A stretch of DNA of 64,000 bases from Callorhinchus milii. Its lineage: Eukaryota. Shown in pieces: positions 25,681 through 38,300 of this stretch (its first letter is position 1; each line of letters begins with the position of its first letter). Both the position numbers and the translations under genes were made by a program. Location: NCBI RefSeq assembly GCF_018977255.1, contig NW_024704743.1, positions 80,974,001-81,038,000 on the forward strand, in the 5' to 3' direction. The notes under the pieces were generated by a model. That model was not told the DNA's origin, searched no databases, and worked only from the letters and a program-made list of their open reading frames with translations.

Positions 25681-27600
25681 AGAGCTCCTGGTAGAGCATT
25701 CCTTATCCAAACCATTTCCAATTAAACTCAGTTTTTAAGGGCCATCTCGTCCACAATGGTAATAAAGGACAAACTAGTTGGATTCCCAGTGTTACTGAGA
25801 CAACCATTCAGGTTTCTGCAAGATTCAACAGATGCTTTATATCCAGCAGTAAGTAGGAACCCGGTTGTTAGTCAATTGATGGATCGTTTTCCAGGGGTAA
25901 TAATCGCATACAAAATATAGTCAATTGACTTTACCTATATTCTGTGAAGCGCTTTGAGATGTCTCGAAGACGTGATAAGACACTATATCAAATGCAAGGA
26001 TTATTATTATCTTCACCTTGCACCCCCTGCCCCCTTGGCTCCCCTGTCCCCCCATCTTCCTCGCTCCCATTCCCCTCCCTCCCACTCCCTGGTCACTGTA
26101 TGGTAAGCAGGAGTGAGAATCCTAGTTAATTCCTGCTCCTTCAGTGATGTCCCTCCCTTGTTCAGAGCAACAATGCCAATTATAGTGGTGTCATTATTTC
26201 TCTGTCTGGGATCAGCTAACTCAGCACACATTGCGAATTGAATCTGCAACCTTCTGATTTATTTGGCTTAGTTCAGGCCAGGGTAGTGGGTGTTCAGTGA
26301 GCCAATATCAGGAGGTTATGCAAAGTCACTGAAAAAATCCTACCATATGTTTCATAATATCTGCACTTGCTAATCCAGTAATGGATCGCTTCCAGCACCT
26401 ACCAAGATCTATAAAATAGTAACTAAACTCTACGTAAACTAACAGTTTGTCTTGTAAGTGAGAGAAATTGTGGAAATCCAGCACACATCAATCAGCAGCT
26501 GAAAGAGCAGAAAAGGTTGATGTTTTGGATGTCCATTCATTGGAATCAGGAATGTCAGTGCCTTGGGACGTCCACCCGACGTGAAAGGCCCTATACAAAT
26601 GTAATTTTGTTGTTGAAGTGTCTCACCAAATACTTTAGCTAATCTATCACTTTTAGATGCTATTTGACATATTGTATACAATATTTACAGTATCTGTGTT
26701 TGTCTTTTTGTTTACTAATGTACCAGCCCCAGCTCAGGTGCCCATTCTGCACTGTGAATGCAAGTATTATTATTATGAAGCACGTTGAGATGTCCTCCTG
26801 ACATGAAAGGCACAATACAAATGTAAATTTTATTGTGTTGTACTTTATGTTACAGGTGTGATACACACCCAGTGTGTTTGCCTCATTCTGGATCTGGAGT
26901 TGCAATTTCCATTTCCTTCTTTGTAAATGAAGATCCCCCTTAATATTGTAAAGCGGAAATCCAGAGTGAGTAAGTTTGACAAGGTTGTGTAAACAGGTAA
27001 CTTTGCTCCTGCTTTTTTTTCAAGTAATTACACATGATTTCATTGTTTGAGAAGTGGATATAGCAAATAATACGCTCATGTCCACTTGTGCTAAGCGCAC
27101 ATCGGGATTTGAACCTGCGGTCTGCTGGTTTATATAGTTTAGTTAGGGCTGTGTACTGGGTGGAGGTTCAATGTGCCAATATCAGGAGGTTATGCAAAGT
27201 CCACTGAAACAGGGGATTTCATTTTACCTGCACTTGCTAATCCAGTGATGGATTGCTTCCAGCATCTACCAAGGTCAATAAAAACATTTGTGTTCTGACA
27301 TCATTGGAATACTTACACAATGGTGTCAAGATGTCACGGAAATGTGGAATGTCATTTGATGCAGGAAAACTCGGAAGCTCCAAGGGCGGTATAAAATTCC
27401 TGCTTTCGACACTTGGGAGACCCGAGATCATCTTTGTAAAAACAGTTTTATTATCATTTAATTGCTTAAATATATCAATGGAGCACCATCAAATGCTACT
27501 GCTGTCATTAGGAACCTATTGAGGATGGCCCAGGGATTTTAATCCTTTTTTATGTCCTTTTATGGCTTCTTGATCCTTTAGGTTATTGCCCAGCCTTTTA

Positions 27601-27907
27601 TAATAATAATAATAATAATCCTTGCATTTGATATAGCGCTTTTCACGTCGGGAGGACGTCCCAAAGCGCTTCACAGAACACACTGTAAAGTGAATTGACT
27701 GTATATTTGTGGGCGAACGCGGCAGCCAATTGCGCACAGCAATGTCCCACAAACAGTCGTGGATTGAAAATGACCAATTTATTATTGTTTTTTGTTTTAG
27801 AGGCGTGTGGAGTAAGGAAACTTGCCCAAGGTTTCGCCCTGCCTGGAATTGAACCCAGGTGTCTCGCTTGCAAAGCAAGTGCTCTAACCACTGAGCTACA
27901 GGACTCC
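27601..27907 (-). mobile_element. tRNA-derived SINE, short young form, full length
   Basis: Reverse complement of the 21740 and 51431 copies. Confidence 0.93.
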
Positions 27908-28969
27908 GATAAATAACAGGATAAATAACAATAATTCTTGCATTTGTTATAGTGTCTTATCACGTTTTCAAGATTTATGAAAGTGCTTCACAGAATATAC
28001 TTTAAAGTGAATTGGCTATATATTTTGTGAGATTTTTTATACATTTAATGGCTTTTATAGCATCAATAATCTTTTGTTTGCTATAGCACCTTTCACTCTG
28101 GAGGCGATCTCAAAACACTTCATGCAATGACTGTGTATCGTAGGTAAAAGCTTGTACTGTATCTGACCTTATCACTTGCCCAGCTTGTTTCGTTGTGTTA
28201 AACCAATTTACTCTGGTTACAATCCAAGTGTAAATGTTTATTGATACAATAACTATCTCTTTTAAAAATTCAGTATATCCACAAGAAATCCTGTCATTTT
28301 GACTTGCATGACAGAATTAAAAATTGTTCAAGATTGCTCAATTTTAAGCACACTTCTTGTTAAAAAAGAGTGGTTTTTAAAAACTAATAATTTCAACACC
28401 TCAGTTTTAACTTTTAAGGTGTGTGAGACAATCCTGAACATTTTACTTAAAAAAATACAGTAGTAACTTCTTCCCACTTTTTGCTCATTCTGATAGCTAA
28501 ACACTTTTTATGTAAACGGCACTTTATACATGCAAGTAATTGTATATTGTCAAATCCCTGATGTTATATAAACAAGAGGAATAAATAATGAATAACTCTT
28601 GCATTTGGTATAGCACCTTATCATGTAAGAAGCAAAATGCTTCACAGGAATTACTGTGAAATGGCATGAATGTTTATTTGTAGGCAAAAGCAGCTGCACA
28701 ATTGCGCACAACAATATCCTACAAACACCCGTGAAATTAATGATCAATTTTATTTGGGAGATTGTTGGCTAGGGCACTGGGAGAAACTCACTTGTCTTTT
28801 CAAATAGCTCCAAAGAATCTTTAATGTCCACCCGAATAGGCAGACAGAACCTCAGTTTAACATTTCATCCGAAAGACAGCACCTCTGATAATGCAACACA
28901 CCCTGCACTAGAATGTAGTGTCAACTTAGACAATGTGAGTTCAAGTCCCCACGTGCGATAATGATAAGC

Positions 28970-29610
28970 AACAGCAACAACAACAAAATTACGTTTGTAT
29001 AGCGCTTTTCACATCGGAATATCCACAAAGCCAGTGTTTCAGACGTCCCAAAGCCAGTGTTTCAGACCCGAGCTGCAGGTCGGGATTGGGGATAGTGGAG
29101 GGCGGGGGGGAAGGAGAGTGATCGAAGGCACGGTGGAAGAGAAGGGTGTTGAGATGGGTCTTGAAGGAGGCAAGGGAGGGGTGAGGCAGAGGGACTGCAG
29201 GATTTAGTTGCAGAGGGTGGGGGCAGAGTGGCGGAAGGCCCGCCCGCCAATAGTGGAGCAGGCGAGGCAGGGGACATGAAGAAGGCTGGAGCCCACTGAG
29301 TGGAGGGAGAGGGCAGGTTGGTAGGGGTGTTAGGAGGTCGCAGAGGTGGGGGGGGGGAGCAAGACCATGGAGAGCTTTGAAGGTGAGGACCAGGATCTTG
29401 CACTGTATCCTCTGCGTGATGGGAAGCCAGTGGAGTCGGGCGAGGATGGGGGCGATAGGGTCATGGATCTTTGTCGGCCTCCCCAACTCCTCCCTCCATA
29501 GGCACTTTGTGTAGTTTGCGTGGATGTTATGAATGTGTGTATGAGCGTCTCGGCGGCCTTTGGTGTGAGACAGTGGCGGAGCCATGCAACATAATGGAGG
29601 TGGGGGAAGG
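28970..29610 (-). mobile_element. L2 LINE 3' fragment, internally rearranged
   Basis: PILARLHWLPITQRIQCKILVLTFKALHGLAP..FKTHL; (CAA)n tail on +. Confidence 0.85.
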
Positions 29611-30741
29611 CAGAGCACACAATGATGTGCATTCTCAAATGGCTAAAGTTTTTACAGTATTTTATTACTCACTATTTAAGTTAAGGTGCAAGAATACTTA
29701 AGCGTTCCTCCAAAGACTTCCATTCTGAGCACACAAGACTTTACCAGAAAGCAATGGTTCTAAAAATGAATATATCTGCTGAGCTTGTTTCTCAAAGGAC
29801 TGGCTATGAACAAAGGGCAGATGGCCAGATATTTCTACTGACTTTCAGAAGTCATGCCCAGACTGCTGCATCCACCATAAACAGGAACTCTCAGTCTAGA
29901 CAAACAATAGACGTAATTTGAATTTATTTTTATAAAATGAATCAAGCAATATTAGAGGTTAGAAGCACTTTTTGTTTCTACAGAGTGACGGATATGGGGA
30001 ACATGATAGCTGTTGGTGTTGCATCAATTGAATCCTTCAGAAAAGCTGATCAATTGATCCAGAAATCTGTGCAATGTTTGAAACTCAAGAGGTAACGTTT
30101 ATTAGAGTGATATGTTTATCAGAGTGATACATTGGTTAAGGCACTTTAAATGGTTATGGATTGATGAGTGCATTCAGTTACCACTCAAGCAACAACATGG
30201 TAGGCTGTGAGAACACGGAATACAGTGGACTGCCAAAAGTAAGTTAAGGCACTGAAATCTTACATTGATTGAAAATATTCGAACATATCACCTCAATGAT
30301 TTGGAATAAGACTGTTGTAAATGGCTTTATTAATCAATAATAACTCTTGCATCAAAACTTCTCAAAGCACTTGACAGTAGTTACTGTAGATTTGTAAGCA
30401 AACACAGCAGTCAAATTATACACAGCTATGTGCCACCAACAGTCAGGAGGTAACTGATCAATTTCACTGTAGGATTGTTGGCGTGAACACCAGGAGAAAC
30501 TCCCTTCTCTTTTTGATTTGTGCTATTAGTTTTTTAACATCCACCCGAACAGGCAGTTTAGAGAAACTGAGCTACTGTGAAATGTTATTGCACTGTCAAC
30601 TCCCTCAATGACTTTAAATTCTTTTGTTTACTGTTTTGGTAATTTACACCCTGATGTCCTTCCTTTCACTGGAAATCCCTCCAACGTGGTACCTTTCTGC
30701 CTACCTAAGACTATCTGGAAATGCTCCTTGTACCTAATACT

Positions 30742-31144
30742 GGAGTCCTGTAGCTCAGTGATTAGAGCACTCACCTCGCAAGCGAGAGATCTGGGTTCGA
30801 TTCCTAGCAGGGCGAAATGATGGGCAACTTTCCATACTCCACACGCCTCTGTTTACCTAGCATTATGTAGTAACTTGGTTGTTAGTCAATTGGTGGATCG
30901 CTTTTCTTAGGGTAATAAATCCTTCAAAAAAATAATAAATTGGTCACTTCAATCCATGACTGTTTGTGGGACATGCTGTAAATGGCTACCACGTTTCACC
31001 CACAAAAATATACAGTCAATTCACTTTACAGTATATTCTGTGTAGCGCTTTGAGATGTCTCAAAGACATGATAAGGCACTATATCAAATGCAAGGATTGT
31101 TATTATTATTTATTATTACTATTACTATTACTATTATTATTATT
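30742..31144 (+). mobile_element. tRNA-derived SINE, long form (extra ~70 bp internal segment); related copies at ~23062-23353(-), 39520-39890(-), 43934-44294(-), 49970-50335(+), 57197-58395(-, interrupted)
   Basis: Same head and tail as the short form plus the internal TGTTTACCTAGCA..GTTGTTAGTCAATTGG..GATCGCTTTTC segment. Confidence 0.88.
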
Positions 31145-31258
31145 GAGCTGGTCAGTCTGTGGGAATGATTTTCCTCCAACCTGAAAAATGTCACGGATAT
31201 GTGGAATAGCACAGTTCTCAGACACTCTTAACAAATATTCAAATGAGATTTAAAATGC

Positions 31259-31264
31259 TTTATT
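31259..31264 (-). terminator. Candidate ENPP2 polyadenylation signal AATAAA (3' UTR ~0.95 kb)
   Basis: TTTATT on + at the end of an AT-rich, repeat-free stretch below the stop codon. A second candidate lies at 31534-31539. Confidence 0.5.
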
Positions 31265-32196
31265 AGTATTTACAAAGTTGAGCAAATTATTATTGTATTG
31301 TTATAAATACTGGTAATGTAGAAAATTATTAACTTTATCCAAACGTTTAGGACAATTTCAGTATTAATCTGAAAATAACCTTCTTGTTTTCTCCAAAAAG
31401 TCCAATACATTTTTGACTGCAGTTAAATGTTGAAAGATATGCATTAATTAGAAACATTGAATCTGTCCTGCCAAGTTCAAGTACAGATCAGGAAAATGCA
31501 GGTGCCCCGAAAACAATGCAAACCCTCTACTAATTTATTCTATTTCCCACCCCTCTGAGTCTCTCCTTCCACTGAGTGTTATGCCTAATTTCCCACTGAA
31601 AGCATAGGTATGTGAGTGCTCCATAGCCTGTTTAACATATCAGTTTGGTGTTCCATTCGATATATCACGTTATTTGTCCATAAGTAAGTAACCCCTTTAC
31701 AAAGCCAACTGTTGCAATTTGATTTAGGTTTATTATATTTCAGACTTGATTTGCCTCCAAAGTATAAGTATAAGTCTGCTCCAATCTCAACAATAGTGAA
31801 GTATAAATGTAATTTTACATACCTTCATTTTCATAGAATAGGACGACAATTACAAAATCAACAGCGCACTGAACAATCTAGGATTTCCTCAATGCACTTC
31901 TAGGGCCTGGAGCATGAATCCAAATTTTAGGCTAAAACAAAATCTGCAGTATTACATGCAGTTTACAGACAGACAGCACTCAAACAGCTAAATAATAACA
32001 AAGGAGAAAAAGAAACAAAGACCACATACATGCTTGTTATTAAATGTGACATATTAGGTGCAAAGCTTCAAAGAAACAGTTTTCTTTAAAATATTCTGAT
32101 TTTGAATTAATAAATACAAACACAAAAAGAGTATTCAAAAAATATACACCTGTGAGTAATAGATGTACTACAACAAAATAAAACACAAAAGGGAAT

Positions 32197-32367
32197 TTAG
32201 ATTTCACTTTCAAATGTCTGTAAAAATGTCTTTAAAGACAGGATTTCAGGATAAGCTCTGGTGGTTCTACGGTAGAAATCCAAGCCGGTCAGGGTTTCAA
32301 TATCACGAACACGTGCAGTGTGTAATTTCATGAGGTCTTCAACCCATTTCGATTCATCCTCGTTGCT
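32197..32367 (-). CDS. ENPP2: ENPP2 last coding exon ([29 protein letters not shown])
   Basis: TTTCAG| .. TAA stop at 32199-32197; 171 nt. Confidence 0.95.
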   Translation of the reverse strand, partial: SNEDESKWVEDLMKLHTARVRDIETLTGLDFYRRTTRAYPEILSLKTFLQTFESEI

Positions 32368-35300
32368 CTGAAAATGCACACACAGAACACATTAGTTTTT
32401 GGGCATATAAATATTCAAATTAGTCTGCTTGCATTCTTAATTTTTTTCTATTAATAATTTTGTTTCTGAAAAAGAGCCCTTTTTAAAAACATTTCTATTA
32501 AAATGCACCTTTTCTGCACTATTTATGTTAAATGGACGACAAATTAATCAAAGTACTTTCATTAAAAAAAACTATTCAATCAAACCCTACTCAAGCTTTC
32601 CATATTCTTCAAATAATAAATAATAAATCTCCAAATATTTTGAAGAAAATTCAGTTTTTTAAAAATGTTCTTTTCGATGACCAATTCCCAGATCCATTGC
32701 CAGACCCTGTCTGTTTTCTGACCCCATCCATTCCCAGACCCCATTTGCTCCCAGACACACTCTGGGACAGCCACTCTTATCTGTATGCGACTAAGATTTA
32801 TTTATATTCAGTTGACATACCTGGAAGCAATGGATTCCCAGAGAACACTGAAGGAGCCATTTTAAGTAGCTCCCAAAAGTGGTCTGGCCGACAGTCTCAA
32901 TACCTATCATTCATGTTTGACTCGAACATGATTCATTCATTGTATCAGGTTCAATGATTCTTATTGCGTGGGTGAGATTTTGGTGCTAAATCAATCCATA
33001 AAGTACTATACAACTTGAGAATTGAAAATCTGATTCCAGAGTATTGCCATCTAGGTATTTTTTCAATTCCTGAACACTTGACCGGGGGAAGTAAAAAAGC
33101 AGGAGGCACATATAAGAGGGTAACACAAATTGTAGTTCCAGTCTAGTTATATAAAAAATATCAGATTATTCATTGTACTTAATGGGAGCATTGAGTCTGC
33201 TGCTTTCAACACTTACATTACAACTTTCATCATTGTCAGGTCTGTGGGGGAGAATGAAAGAAGTGGCAGTCAGTGGCCCATCACACCTGTCCACGGCCTG
33301 AGTGCTGTCCAGGCAGCTTGTGATGATGCTATAGAAGTGAGTTGGAATGGGGATTGAGCCATCAACAAATCTAAAATAAAAGGAAAAAATTAAAATGACA
33401 CTGAGACTGAAAATACACAATTGTTCACATTTGTATGCAAATATGCATGCTTCAGTAAGGAAATGGGAGAGGACAACTAGTCATAAGATTTCCTAACTAT
33501 ATTTTTGTAAAAAAAAATGTTGCCAGCCTAACTGAGTTGGCAACACTCTCATCTCGGAGTCAGAAGATTGTAGATTCAAGCCTTACATTGGGACTTCAAA
33601 ATCATAAGCTGATACTCCAATGTGGTGCTAGAGGGAGTGCTGCAATGTTGGAGGTACCGTCCTTCAGATAAGACATTAAAGTGAGGTCCCATCTGCCTGT
33701 TTAAGTGGACGTTAAAGCTCCCATGCACTATTCAAAAAGGGAAGGAAGTTTCTCCCTGTGCCAACAATCTCCCAAATCAAATTGGTCATTCATCTTGTGG
33801 TTTTCATTGGGATATTGCTGTGCACAAATTGTCTGCTGCATTCACCTACAAAATTCAGTCACTACACTTTACAATAAGACCCTGTGAGGCGCTTTGAGCC
33901 ATCTCCACAACATGATAAAGCACTATATCAAATAGAAGGATTACATCTGATTATTAATTGAATTTAAAATGTTTTGTTTGTAATGGTAAATCATAAGCCA
34001 TGGTCATAGCTTACATATATACACACACACACACACACAGAGTCTCAGTACGACACTACAGACTAAAAGAATCTCTGTGCTGAAACCATGGTCTGATGCA
34101 GAAAAGCAAAACAACTTGTATTTATGAAACTCACCTATGTGTAGAGCACTTTACAGATATGGTGCCGGACAGCAAGCAGGGGATGGGAGAAGGAGGTGAC
34201 CTTCTACTCCCCTGAGTTACTGAGTGCAGCAAAAGAGGATACAAATTGAATTAGTCAGTGCCCTCTTTTGCTGGACACATATTTTGCCTCTCCTCCTTCT
34301 CAGGGGGCAGATAGGTGTAGCCCTACTGGCATTCAGATGGTACATTGTGCAAAGTGAATGGGTTCTAACAACTTGGCTAAATCTATTGCAACTAGTTCGC
34401 TCATTTTCAATTACACACAGAGTTACACAAAGAGTGCAGAAAGACGATTCCCATATTTTACCCAGTCAACAATAAACAAAATACAAAGCCTTACCGTTTT
34501 ACTTTATCAAGCGTGTCACGAAGACCGTCATAGTCGTAATCAAACACAGGGCCACTAATGATATTAATTCCATTTCGTTCCAAAGCCAGTTTCTTGACTA
34601 TCACCTTGTGAAAGTAGTTCCACACTCCTGCACAACAGCAACCAAAGAAAAATGATTCAGGGAATTGAAGGTTGCATTGAGTTGCATATTTCAAATTGAG
34701 CATATTTTAAGCAATCAAAGATGCCAAATTTAACACTTTCCCCAGAAAGTGTCTCCTTATTACTTCTGGCTGTTATAATTCACCACAAGTAGGTTCTGAT
34801 CCGAGGTCATTGCATTAGTTTTGTTACAAAGAAGATTTCTAAAGGTAAAAATATTATTGTTTTTTGTAACTGCTTTAGCGTACAATATGCAGATTATGGT
34901 GATGCCCCAGTTTATGCAAAGAAAATAAAAATACTGTTGCAATTCTTAGCAAACATGTTTCAGACAGAAATGACTATATTGTGCAACAACGCTGACCCCT
35001 GTGTTATATCAGGTGTAATCTACAAACAAGTAAAAATGCTAGTGAACTACAATTGACGTAACAGTCACCTACAACTGGCCAGTGACCATTTGATGAACTC
35101 TACAAAACTGCTTATAGGACAAACTTTGCAACATCCAGTTTGAAAGTCAGAGTAACAGGTTCAGTATTATCATACAACACACTGATAATCAGTAAACCCA
35201 GGATTTTATATCATTTCCATCACATAAAGACAGGGAGTTGTACACTGTTCACCACTGGATTGAAAGGAGCCCTGCTTTTGTGGACAGTAGTTCAGAATCA

Positions 35301-38300
35301 GCAAACTATGCAAGAAATAATTAACAACGTTCTTAACAACTCTCGATTGTGGAGCTGTATAACTAATGAGTCAACTTAATACATCTAAATGGCAAATTTC
35401 AAGCCCAATTCAGCAAATAGCTGTAAAGAGTTTTCGGGTGCACACAATATATACTGCCTTCTTCCGCACCTCTTACTGAGTGTAGAGTTATGCCAGACAC
35501 TTGGTTTGCAGTATTATCATTCGATTTAACAGCAAAGTAGGAAAGTGCAACAAACAATGAATCCTGGTAGGTGTCTGAACAGCCTAATTAGAGTTGAGAC
35601 ACAATTATTTGCATTAATTAAGTACAGTTTTATTATAGATAAAGACCCAATATGGATAATAGATCATCAGGCAAAATACAAATTGGTTCTGAATTAACAC
35701 TTTCTCAACCAGCAGTTGATCTGCCATAAAAGTGGTACAATATGGCAATTTTTTGGTCTCTGCTTTTCTCTCTGACTCTACAATTTACTATTGCTCTCGA
35801 TCACTTACTTCCTCTCCTTCTCACTCTGTCTTTCCATGTCTCTATTTCTGTGACTCTTTCTTCCTCTCACTGATTCTCTCCCCCACCCTAGCTATAACCC
35901 TACACTATAACTGTAACAAATTAGTGACGTTTCAGTCATGTAGTTGGCTAGTCATATTCCCATGAACACGCATGTGCTCACCACTAAAACTTTTTTGCTG
36001 TCATTGTAGTTCCACATCATAGAATCATAGAATTATACAGCACAGAAGAAGGCCATTTGGCCCATCATGTCTGTGCCGACATCTTTGAAAAGAGCTATCT
36101 AATAAAAACCCATTCTCCTGCGCTCTCCCCATAGCCCTGTAAACTTGTCTTCCCCAAATATCTATCTAGTTCTCTCTTAAAAAGTTGTTATCGAATTAGC
36201 TTCCACCACTCTTTCAGGCAATGCATTGCAGATCTGAACACTTGCTGTGTGAAAACATTTCTCCTCACCTCCCCTCTGTTTCTTTTAACAACTATTGTAA
36301 ATTGGTGCCCTCGGGTTACCAACCCACCCACCAGTGGAAATAGTTTCTCCTTGTTTACACTACTGAATCACCTCATAATTTTGAAAACTTCTATTAAGCT
36401 TCCTCTTAAACTTCTCTGCTCCAAGGAGAATAATCCTAGCTTCTCTAGCCTCTCCTCATAACTGAAGTCCCTCATTCCTGGTACCATCCTGGTAAATCTC
36501 CTTTGCACCCTCTCCAATGCCTTGACATCTTTCCTAAAGTGTGGGGCCCAGAACTGAACACAGTACTCTAGCTGAGGCCTAACCAATGTTTTATAAAGGT
36601 TCATCATAACTTCCTGACTTTTGTATTCTATGCCACTATTTATAAAGCCTAGAATCCCGTATGCTTTTTTAACAGCTTTATCTACCTGCGCTGCCACCTT
36701 CAAAGATTTACTTATATGAACCCCCAGGTCTCTCTGTTCCTTCACCCCTTTAAGATTGTACCATCATCTTATATTGTCTCTCCTCATTCTTCCTCCCAAA
36801 ATACATCACTTCGCATTTCTCCACATTGAACTTCATCTGCCACATGTCTGCCATTTTACGTCTGTCTATGTCCATTTGCAATCTGTTACCATCCTCCTCA
36901 CTGTTTACTACTTTTCCAGCTTAGTATCATCTGCAAACTTGGAAATTGTACTCCCTGTACCCAAGTCCAGGTCATTTATACAAATCAAAAACAGCTGTGG
37001 TCCCAATACTGACCACTGGGGAACACCACTGCACATTTCCCTCCAGTCAGAAAGACAACCGTTCACCACCACTCTGCTTTCTGTCCCCCAGTCAGTTCTG
37101 TATCCATGCTGCCACTGTCCCTTTAATACCGTGGACTTCTATTTTGCTTACAAGTCTCTTATGTGGTACTTTATCAAACGCCTTTTGAAAATCCATATAA
37201 ACTACATCAACTGTACCACCTTCATCCATCCTCTTCGTTACTTCACCAAAAACTCTATCAGGCTTGTTAGACACGATTTTGCTTTAACAAACCCATGTTG
37301 TTTGTCCTTTATTAACCTATATTTTTGTAAGTGAAAATTTATTTTGTCCTCGATTATAGTCTCTAGAAGTTTCCCCATTACTGACGTTAGGCTGACTGGC
37401 CCATAGTTCCCAGGTTTATCTTTCTGTCCTTTTTGTGCAAGGGAGTAACATTTGCAACCCTCCAGTCCTCTGGCATCACCCCAGTGTCCAAGGAGGATTG
37501 AAAGGAGGATTGGCTGTTATTTCCACCCTTACTTCCCTCAGTAACCTAGGATGCATCCCGCCCGGATCGGGTGACTTATCTACATTGTGCACCGAAACCT
37601 TTTTAGTACCTCCTCTCAGTTTATTTTTATCTTATCCAATTTCTCTACCCTCAACTCTGATTCTGTGGCATTAGCTGCATCCTTTTCTTTTGTGAAGACA
37701 GATGCAAAGTACTCATTCAGTATGTCAGCCATGCCTCCACAAGAAAATTTCCTCTTTGGTCCCTGAAGTTAAAATGTGATATGCAAACAATAAGTCCTTG
37801 TTCTTTTGTTCTTGTGTTCAAAATCCTGATAGTTTTCCATGTGTTAGTATTTTCAGATTCAGATACTACCACAGCAGCAGTGGGTGGGAGAGAGGAACTC
37901 AGCTCCATATTCCCCCTGTCCAGATCATAGCAGTACCAGACTTGCATCAGTTCAGAAACTATCACGCACAATCACGCATCGTGTCACACTGTGTTGCACA
38001 TTGTTGGATTTGATACTATTACATTGCTCCTATAAGATTGCCAATTTCTCTAAAGGAATAGAGGTCCAAAATTACACCCAATCTCTGCTAGCAAGACTAT
38101 TTTATGTTAAAATTTAAGACTGCAGAATTTTTAAAAATTGTGTCTTTCTATAGTTCTTAAAAAGAACCGACTTCCAAATTAAGATCGATTTTAACGATTT
38201 CTCATGTCTGCACAATGTTACAAAAGGAAAAATGGAATTATAAGCGAGAACTGAATGAAAGTTTGGACCACCAATACCCCAGACTTGTGGAGGAAACAGA

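Noticed and set aside
27516..27878. Recurrent small ORFs of the type [22 protein letters not shown]
   Set aside because: Translations of SINE copies; frames and ends vary between copies.
34130..34400. Possible ancient repeat or conserved element in an ENPP2 intron
   Set aside because: No second copy or diagnostic motif that I can support.
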